This document shows positions 54,601 through 64,000 of a DNA stretch of 64,000 nt, in pieces (position 1 is the first letter of the stretch; the number at the start of each line of letters is the position of its first letter). This DNA is from Styela clava (Eukaryota), in NCBI RefSeq assembly GCF_964204865.1, contig NC_135264.1, positions 9,982,001 through 10,046,000 on the forward strand. Reading direction: 5' to 3'. The notes under the pieces are model-generated. The model had not been told where the DNA came from. It searched no databases and saw only the letters and a list, made by a program, of their open reading frames with translations. The translations under genes were made by a program, and so were the position numbers.

Positions 54601-55894
54601 TACAGGGTGGGCCAAAATTTTATTTTTACAAATTGTAAATGTGAAAATGGTAACATTTTCTTGGCCCACCCTATATACTCACAGCTGCTTAAATCTGCTT
54701 TATTCACGTTTAACAACTTTTTAGACGGGACTTTTCGCTATTGTTTTTGGCGCACCGGCAATGTTATCTGCAAACATATATGGAAAGCTGATCTTCCCTC
54801 ATAGACGATATGTTTTATACGGAGCATCATGTGGACTCGAATTTCTTTTGTATGTTGGCTGTTATATGTGGGTGCCAGATCCGGATACTATTTGGCTTGT
54901 TTATCTTCTCTTTGCTGGATTTGGACTAGTGAATGGAATATTTCGTCAAAATATTGTAGGTAAGTACCGTATCGTTAAAAGCACATTTTTTAGAAAAACG
55001 ACACCATTTGGTACAATTATTCCAAATCATGCGCTGTTCTGATTTTCTATTTTTACTAGCAAAGAATAAATATTTATCACGTAGAAGTTATTATTGAGAT
55101 GTATAATTACTGAATGAGTTGCATTCAATCATCTTACCAGAATTCACAGTATGTATTTATAATTTCAGCGGTATTCAATATTCATTTCTCGGACAATAAA
55201 GACGTGGCTTTCAGCGTCTTTAACGTTTGGTTCATGGGTGGGTTAGGAGTGCAGTATGGCCTCAGTACTTTTATGTGTGTCGAAGACAAGCTATATACTC
55301 AAGTAGCTGTGCTGGTTCTTGGGGTTGTATTATTTGGTAAGTACATGCATCCAAGTAGCTTTATTAACAATTATTCTTATATGAATATGGGTGGCTGTTA
55401 CCACATAATATGATACAAAATGGCGGATTTGTCCGCGACTGCACAGTATCTGGCGTGTAGCAATACCACGCATACAGTTTAATTTATGAAATGTTACGTT
55501 GGTTAGTGCTCGTCAACGTAGAATTAGGTAAATGTACGCCATTGGTAATAAATCTAGAATATAAACACAATAATATTACAGAATTTGGAAATAACCAAGA
55601 TATTATTAATATGAGCACAACAAAAACACATAGATATATGAGGGCTACAAAAATATTGAACACAAGGGATACCATGTATTTTAATGAGATATATTTGTGA
55701 ACAAAGTTTATCGCTCGTAACATAATATTTATTGTAGATTTTTTAACAACTATAAAAATTACGACGGTCATAACTACCTATATTTTATTACTTTTACAGT
55801 CGTTACGGAGTTGATTTACACGACGGGAAAGAAAAATTCGAACACACAACAAGATGTGGAAAATACATACGTCGAAAAGAGAACTAAATTGTGA
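51675..55894 (+). CDS. UNC-93-like MFS protein, copy 7
   Basis: Same layout; LQTLQTSIN, CGVNDCQDP, DMTRAYASC; ends KRTKL*. Confidence 0.87.
54603..54673. mobile_element. Tc1/mariner-type mini-MITE
   Basis: TA-cagggtgggccaa ... ttggcccacccta-TA. Confidence 0.7.
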
Positions 55895-56136
55895 AATTTA
55901 AAACCGATGGGTCAACCTTTAACGGGTATTTCATATACGCCTACACTTGAAAAAAGGCTCAGTGATCAAAAATTTAGCATGATCAGTGTACTGAACTACA
56001 GCTGGAACAACATTCCAAAAATCTGAATAAAAAGTGGAATTCTAAGGCCATTAAAAAGTAAATAACTCTCGTCCACTTTCAAAAAACGTTTCAAGTCTAT
56101 TATACAGAATATAATACTTGGTATTATTGTTTTAGA

Positions 56137-59100
56137 TTATTCCAGTGGTTTTGCCATTTCAAGTATTGCCTGCCTAACAACAGAGTGTTTTTGTAATGTC
56201 TCCTTTGCCACTTTGACCGAACAGTCCATTTTAGCTAAAACAATTGCAAGAGGTACGACCTAAAAATATAATTTTGATACTCATTATAATAAAGCAGTTA
56301 TCTCATCAACAAGACAGACGTGATGAAATACGTGTATTTGGTTTACCTTGTCTTTCCTGGCTGCAAATATATAATGCTCAGCAACAGTTTTGTTACGTCT
56401 TTCTTCAGTAACAACGTTTGTTTCGTAAATCGATTTCAGTAAAGAGTTTGTAGCTTTCTCGTGACTAACGCCATGACACATTTTCTGCGATCGTTAAATT
56501 TGTGAAAAAATCATATATATGAAAAAAAACTAATAAAAGTCAATAATACATTTTTGCTTCAACTTGAAATATTTTCACAAACACGCTTGTACTGCGTCGG
56601 AATGCTTGAAAAATGAACACTTTATCAGATGGGCGATTCAGGAATTGTTCTTTTAAAAAATGGCAGAGTTGACTTAAATATATTCAATAAGACAATAAGA
56701 TAATTAATATGTATTTTCTTTGTTTTTTAGCATTTTTGAAAATATTTATTTGATTTTCATCAAATTTATTTCATTTGTTGTTGTTTTGTTTAAAATTATC
56801 ATTTATTTCTGAAATAATACACACAGGAAGTTGCTCAAAGTGTGGAAAGCCCCTTATAAATAGAAACAGGGGAGTGGGTTGAAAAAGAGGTACATAATCC
56901 ATTTGTTTTACAAATCCAAAGAACAAAAACCTCTTTACCTTGATAATTTCAATTGCTCTATAATAAAGTTTATTATTGCTGACTTTCACATCACACATGT
57001 AATTCATAAAAACCTGGAATGATACAAAAAATTGCATAAATGGTAAACTATTATAAACATGCCAAAATCATCCAATATACCTTGCCCAATAAGACATGCC
57101 CTCCAGTAGACGTGGCATTGACCAGCCATTTCAGGCAACAACTATAGAGAGATTCCTCAAGAGCTTCTCTGCATGTCACACTCCAATAAGTGAGTGCCGT
57201 CTTGTCATACTCGGGGAAAGTTACTCGTAGAATATCATCGAAATACTTGTTCTGCAAATAGTAGTGTTAATGTATAAGCAAAAGAACTATTAAACCGCCC
57301 AACTAAATAATAGATTACACCAATCACTTACCATATCCGTTTCACATATCTTCTCGGCTGTAGGGTTCTCCAACAAAACTGCCACAATTTTGTTTTTTCC
57401 TTTGAGGTTTATGAGAACATCGCCCAAGTCTATGAAATATATATATAATAAATGCAAAATTATACTGTTAAATTGAGAAAATTTGGACTCTCTAATAAAT
57501 TAGGTGCCGTTGGTACCACCATATTTCTGTGCAACTTCCAAGTAGTTTTTTTGATATTCGGTAACCGCGCTAGACTTAACTCAAAGGCCAGTCTTCCTTT
57601 TCTTTACCACTGAATGAACATGTTTGACCTACCTTGGCACACATAGCCAAATGTGTTAATTTTTTATTTGAAACATGAAAACGAAAAAACGTAAATAGAT
57701 ACCGTTATTTAATATTGACGTCATGATCGGGTCATCTTGTGATTGAATGAAGACGATTACTGCGTCATTGCCAACGTCTTGAGATTTATACATTTTGATA
57801 AAATCGTTCACGCCAAGTTGAAAGTATTTCTCCTAATTGAGGGAAAATAAGGTGTTATGACCGAAAATACGCAATGCGTCAATATTGACTAGAGAACTAT
57901 GAAAAAAATGGAACAATTCGCAACACATAGATGAAAACACCGTCTGACCTGCTGTCCAAAATTTTCTATTCCGAGAAAATCGTATCCTCCGTGAACGAAT
58001 CCACGAACGTCATCAACACCTGGCGGAAAGCAAGTAAAAGGGTTGAAAATATGATTGTACTTATGTAAAATATTAAATACTTGAACCTACTTGATCCAAA
58101 TGTAGGCGGGCATTCTGTAGAATCAATAAGCGGTACCACACCCATCCAACCGGACGCTACATAGCGGATTTTTGCATCTGCTGTCAACGCAACTCCACCT
58201 CGTTGCACTAGGGCTGACATGACATTAGCAGTTGTTTTATAGAAATTTCTAAAAAAAGTATAAAGTATTTGTATAAATCTTCTAATAGTGAATTAGTGCC
58301 CAAGATCGCATTCTATCACGTAACCAACTTCAAGGTAATCTTTAGGAATCCTATTAATATTAAATACATATTTTTGTCATTTTTTAGTTTTTGATAAATT
58401 AAAATTTATCTGGAAATCAATCTAGAATTTTTTTCAACTTAACTTGCCTGCAAACTTCTTCATAGAGTTTTAATATACTTGTGACGTTCCCACAACTTCT
58501 GGTGTTCGATGTGTCTTTTCCAATATCATTCAGGGCAGACAAAAAGATTGTTTCCAATATCACCTTGGTTGCAGTACCTCCCTTCATACGAGATGATCCC
58601 GTTATAGCTTCCCCCTTAAAGATGAATTGATTTATCGCATCAATATTTATTTATAAGAGGTTATCATAATCATACTCACCCCTAACACTGGGTTGATAAC
58701 AAAACCCTTTCCTTCAAGAGAGACGACGTTTAAATCAGATGCAACTAAAGGTAAAAATGTGTTAAAAATACTGTTACCAGATCATTTAGCCGTTTCACAA
58801 ATTTATATTTGATTTTAAGCATTCAAAATTTAAACATTACCGGTTCTCAAGGTTTTATCCCAGCCAACAATTTCGACATCTCTGAAAGAAGTGGGACAAA
58901 ATGAAAACTTTCATACAAACAATTCTGTCATAGCTTTCTGATTAAATTACCTACCTTGCCATGTTGAGGGGGTTAAAACCCAACAAAACCGGTATGAATT
59001 TATCTAAGTGTTTCATACAGTAATCAAGTTGTCCTCCGACGAATGGAGCTGAAATTCCACAAGTAATGCCAAAGTAGATAACCTTTTTCTTGTTGTGGCA

Positions 59101-62100
59101 AATCTAGTTTATGTAAGCATATGAAACAAATTTTTATAGTGCTAACTGAGGTAAACATAGGGAATTGGATCTACATAGTATTCCTGTAAAGTGACATCGA
59201 AAAAAACGAAAAATAACCTCACCTCTAACAGCGATTGCACCCCAGCATTGGGATCGTCTTCTGGCGCCTCTTGTGACGTGAGTATCGACCTATTACCAAA
59301 ATGAATATTGAGGCCAAATCGTCATAAAATAATGACTAATAACTTACGTTAATAACTTACTTGTTTCCACCAGCGATCGAGTAATAGAATGGCCTCCCCT
59401 TCGAAAGTTTGCTCGTTAGTTTGTTACATACTTTCTGAATGAAAAGCCAATAAATATATTCATATTTAGTTTATCCTAATTCAATTTTAACTATATTTTG
59501 GGTTGTTTATTCTACTTACAATCCCATTGCGACTTCACAATTTCATGTAATTATTATTCAGACCTGAATACTAGACATGACCGTCACTGTAATGGTTTAT
59601 AATTCCATTTGTTGCATAAAGTTCCCGAGAATTGAATTAAGTTTGAAATGCTGCTTTAATATGGGATTTGGCCTAATTCGATGTGAATGCTCAACAAATG
59701 AATTATAAAAGTGGCCAAACCTAATTTCCGAGATCTTGGGTATATATACAACGTTCAATGTATTCAAAACCACAAAAATGCTTCGGATGGTCATAAACTC
59801 GTAAAATTCTAAATTATGATAAAATAAGTGTTGCTTGAACATTCATATTCGTACTCACGGATATGAGATATCCTAATCGTCCTGAAGTTCCACATCCTGC
59901 AAGTACAATAGCTATGTCCTCTGGAGGAAAATTTCGAAGGAACTCCTCAACCAAACTAGTTACTCCACTGATGCTCTCCAAGACTCGTTCGGAAAACAAC
60001 CCCTATAGAAAACAAGCGGCTATTATGAGTGGGACATCGTTTATGTTATTGTATCAACCTAAATCTTAAATTCAAAATTTTAAAGTTTGGATAATTGGCT
60101 TTTTAAAAACAATGTAACGATAAAAGAAAGATGAGTGGGGAGAATTGTTACTTATTCATGGCGTTAACCAGCTTCCGGAAAAGCCATTTCATTTTAGATG
60201 AAGAAAAAAACAAGCTAAAGCACCTCAAAATCTCGAGCGATCTACAAGTTCTAAAGTGTAGTAGTATCCAATTATGGAATATTATCCGTTTTAGCACCTT
60301 TGCCATTTTTATAAATGCGGTTGAGGTTATAACCAATGCGACATGTAACGCAAAAACTGACTATGCAATATAAGGAATATCGTCAAAAAATAGGAAATAT
60401 TTTTGTAAATTGTTTTGTTTGCTGCCGTGGTTCGAATTATAAGTAGCATTTTATTCTATCGCAAAAGGGTTAGCAAATATAATGCTCAATTACTATCGTC
60501 TTCAGCAAAAATTGTAATGCCACCACACTAAGGGGAAATACGAAAAGTGGCGTACGTCGTATAAAGATGTTTATTCAGTTCGGCCGAAATATTTGCAATT
60601 AGTGAAGAAAAAGGAGTACAGATTTCAATATAGCCTACTGTATTTACAATTTATGCTATATACCCTGGGTCAAATTGATCCCAAGTATTGATTTAAATTC
60701 AGGGGTCTCAAACTCGCGGCCCGCGGGCCAATTGCGGACCGCAGGATGATAGTTTGTGGCCCCCGCCTTGGTATTAAAGTTTAATGTTAGTGCGGCCCGC
60801 AAGTCACTTAACTCAGTTAGCATGATTAATGCTTTTAATATAATAGCGTTTCCCAAACTGTGTTCCGCGGAACACTAATGTTCCGCGAGCATCTCCCGAG
60901 TGTTGCGTGGAAAAGGAATCAAAAATACATCTAAATTGGTCGCCATGGCGATCTGAAAATCATGAAGTTGTTGCCCAACTGACCGTTTAAAATCGCGTCA
61001 CCGTCGGCCTAAAGTGGACTAACTAAGTTGGTGCCATTTTCGTTAACCGTCGGTTTAGCTTTTTGACTGTTAACTTTGGTTTTGTTAAAGACATAAATAA
61101 AAGCAAAAGGTCAACCGTTCTTCCTCCATCTCTACCTGGTTTTACTTTGAAATGCTGAAAGTTTGTCGCGCATTTGCAACTCGCCACGGCGAAACCATTA
61201 GGAACCGCTACATTGCACCGTTTTTCTTTATCAATTTAACCCTTTCATTTTTTGGTGTTCCGCGAGGAGATATAAAAAGTGTAAATGTTCCGTGGCCGAA
61301 AAAGGGAAACTCTCACGTAGGACAAATCAAAATATTTTATCATCTATCCCCTGAAGAAATTTGTGGTGCGGTAACCTACCAGTACCATACCTGTAAGCCT
61401 GATATTGAATCGCGGGACCGCCGGAAATAATTTAAAAACAGTGTTCCATGATATTGGACGTCACAATCACTAACGCTTAGGTTTATCTTGATACATTGTA
61501 ACCATGTTTCCCATGTAGCGAAACACCACTGTCCATCGGCTAAATGCTTGATTGAAACATCAGCGCAACAGTTATTACATAATGGAATTTTATAATTTCG
61601 CATATTCCTAAACGTGTCGTTGGAAGTGAAGTTTCAGTAAACAGAGGTTGGTGATGAGCACAGACAATTTTAAAAAAAATGGGAAATTCAAATATGCAAT
61701 ATTTCTTTGTTGACACAGTTAAAGTTGCAGAGCACAAGGAATACAATTTAAACGAGTTGCTAAGCTTTTATTTTGGAAAACCTGATGCGGCCCGGACTCA
61801 TCCAGACTCTGCCCCAGCGGCCCACAAGTAAATTGAGTTTGAGACCTCTGATAAATGTTTTCTGATTGAATAAGATTCCACTGCCGCATGTGCCCGCACC
61901 CAAACTATATTTTGAATGGCTTCACTTTGTAGTGAATTTTCATTAATTCGCCTATTCAAAAAATTCTAATTACAAGATATAAATCCCACTCGTGCTTTAC
62001 ACACAAAGGGTACAAGTGTGCAATTTCAGTCCGTTGCCGTCCAAGCAAAATATGAAAACCAGATGTAATTAAAACTTTACCTCTGTATTTACACCAGAAA

Positions 62101-62209
62101 ATATCTCCGAATCAGTCAGCCGCAGAAGTTCAACCATTTCTGCAGGAGTACTAACGTCTATTTTTTCTGTAATTTCATTGCTGCGTTCAGTGAAAGGAGT
62201 GTTGTCCAT
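56137..62209 (-). CDS. GCKR: Glucokinase regulatory protein-like (GCKR / MurQ-related, two SIS domains), ~600 aa, 16 coding exons
   Basis: Exon 1 62081-62209 (MDNTPFTERSNEITEKID), exon 2 59859-60002 (GCGTSGRLG), then YSIAGG, QEAPEDD, GITCGISAPFVGGQLDYCM, LLGFNP, ITGSSRMKGGTATK, DSTECPPTFG, KWLVNATSTGGHVLLGK, VSNNKLYYRA. Stop at 56137-56139. All junctions are phase-consistent. Confidence 0.92.
60700..61850. mobile_element. Non-autonomous hAT (Charlie-like) element in GCKR intron 1
   Basis: TIRs caggggtctcaaactc / gagtttgagacctctg with repeated gcggccc subterminal motifs; TSD degraded. Confidence 0.8.
60844..61314. mobile_element. Second hAT-type MITE nested inside the previous element
   Basis: Left end tagcgtttcccaaactgtgttccgcggaacac; right end gttccgtggccgaaaaagggaaactct; repeated gttccgcg motifs. 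Confidence 0.6.
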
Positions 62210-64000
62210 TTTGATTTAAACTACAATTCTGTCTAATACTGCAGTGTACTGAAAACGGCGTCGACTATCGAAGACGACTTAAGTTAATGGTTCACTTGTG
62301 CATTCTAGTTGCGCAATCGCCCAATTATTCAAAGGTCGAAATAAACTTCGAAATTACAGTGCTGCTGACATTGGCAACTGTCGTCGATTTGGCCAAACGG
62401 TGCGCAACGCATTTCATGTTATCCGGAGTCTTGAATAAATATAGAAAGAACAAACATTCTCTTTGAACTAACGGTGACATGGAGTCGGACAATCATAAAA
62501 TTAGTTGAAAACAGACATCTAGTTCCTAGTGTAAACATGCGGTAGGGGCTAGGGGAACAAGTCCTATTTTTTGATTTCAAAATGTACCGAGATCCGCATT
62601 CAAAACTTCACAATTATTTGGGTCCGGTGTTTTCAGAAATTATATTTCGGCATCCTCAAACACGCACTTCCTCGATCGGCTAATGATTATATATATCAGC
62701 TAATCGAGATTGTATATTATGGTGTTATAGTTCTTTTCGTATATATTCAAAACAATAAAAGTCATTTTATAAAATGAAACTTTAAAAGTGAGGCTAATGA
62801 TCCAAAATAAAGAATTAAGTGCGGTTCGAATCAAATACTCAAAAGGTCCGGATTCGGACCGCCAGTTGAGTGGCCCTGCTATACACAACAAATTTCGGAA
62901 AAGGGAGATTTGGGTTTAGAAGTCCGCTAGGTTGACTTTTCCACCTCCATTCTCAAACTCAATTTTAAAAAACACGACTTTGCTTTATTATTGATACCCC
63001 ACAATAACCCTTATTAGTTTTAGCTTCGTTTTGTCCGCATCGGACTATTTTATACTTTACATACCTGTTATAGTTATAAAGGAGTCTAAACATGGCGATA
63101 TGCCAAATCCACCAATGAAGTTTTTTTTATCATTTTCAATCAAATATTATTTATAACCACATATTTGGTATAATCAAGATCAACACGAAACATTTTTGTG
63201 AACAAGACTAGTTTGACTGAAAACCAGATCGAATTGAACTGACCTGGTTCAAACCTGAAGCAAGATGCTATCGAAGTCTTTTCTGTTAAAACATTAACTT
63301 AATGAACACTGGTACAATTTGCTTGGCACAAAATATCACATTGAAAGTTGTGGAAACTATAGAAGTTTCCATCAAAACCCAAGCCTTTACTATTGAACAA
63401 GACATTTAAAAGGTTCTTCAGAGGGCTTTTATTAAGTTTCGGACATATATGCACAACAAACAGTTTTATAATCAATCAAATTAACCTATTATCAACACCA
63501 TATATACAACAGTAAGAACAAAATACGGACATGACTTAAAACACCCACAGTTTGACAAACTTTACAACAAAATCCATAAAAATTTGTAAGTTTCTCAAAT
63601 ACAGACGAAAAGGATGAAGTTATATTTATTAGGTACTTGTCCCATCTCGAGCTTATAATTAGAACTTGTTTTAAATGAATAATAATAATTAGGTTTGACA
63701 AATGGTTCACCGAATAAATAAAAACAATTAAACAAAAAAACACAAACAAAAGTTGGGGTCTCCCTCTCATGCCCATAAACATCAATTATGTACGGTATGT
63801 CCTGTTAAAAAGTAATGAGTGATGACTTCTGATAGAACTTAATTAGTGAACATGAACTCGAGATCATAGGTAGACTGGTCAGGATGACAGGTCTTGACAA
63901 CTTGGTTAGTCAAATCTTGTTCCTGTAAAATAGAAGTTCATACAGAGTTTTATGTGATGACAGACACTTTTGACAAGATTAAAAATTAAATACTAAAAAA

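Noticed and set aside
62400-64000. Short ORFs at the right end
   Set aside because: No homology signal; probably degenerate repeats or the UTR of a gene outside the window.

Overview
AT-rich eukaryotic (animal) genomic DNA with compact GT-AG introns. An invertebrate chordate such as an ascidian is my inference from gene content and style, not proven. Left to right: (1) the last three coding exons of a SoxF-type HMG-box gene (+); (2) a single-exon-CDS TMIE-like gene (-), head-to-head with (3) a tandem array of seven apparently intact 8-exon UNC-93-like MFS genes (+, ~11.3-55.9 kb). These fall into two subfamilies, include a recent ~6 kb duplication and apparent gene-conversion tracts, and all end in -TKL. 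(4) An intronless collectin (-) with a PGKxGP MASP-type motif lies between copies 6 and 7. (5) A 16-exon GCKR/MurQ-like gene (-) converges on copy 7. Introns and spacers contain hAT, Tc1/mariner and possible Merlin-like MITEs, a dispersed ~250-300 bp repeat and a probable solo LTR. The most speculative lead is that the transporters, the lectin and the MurQ-like protein form an amino-sugar (GlcNAc/MurNAc) uptake or sensing locus. All gene models were assembled by eye and identities are estimates.
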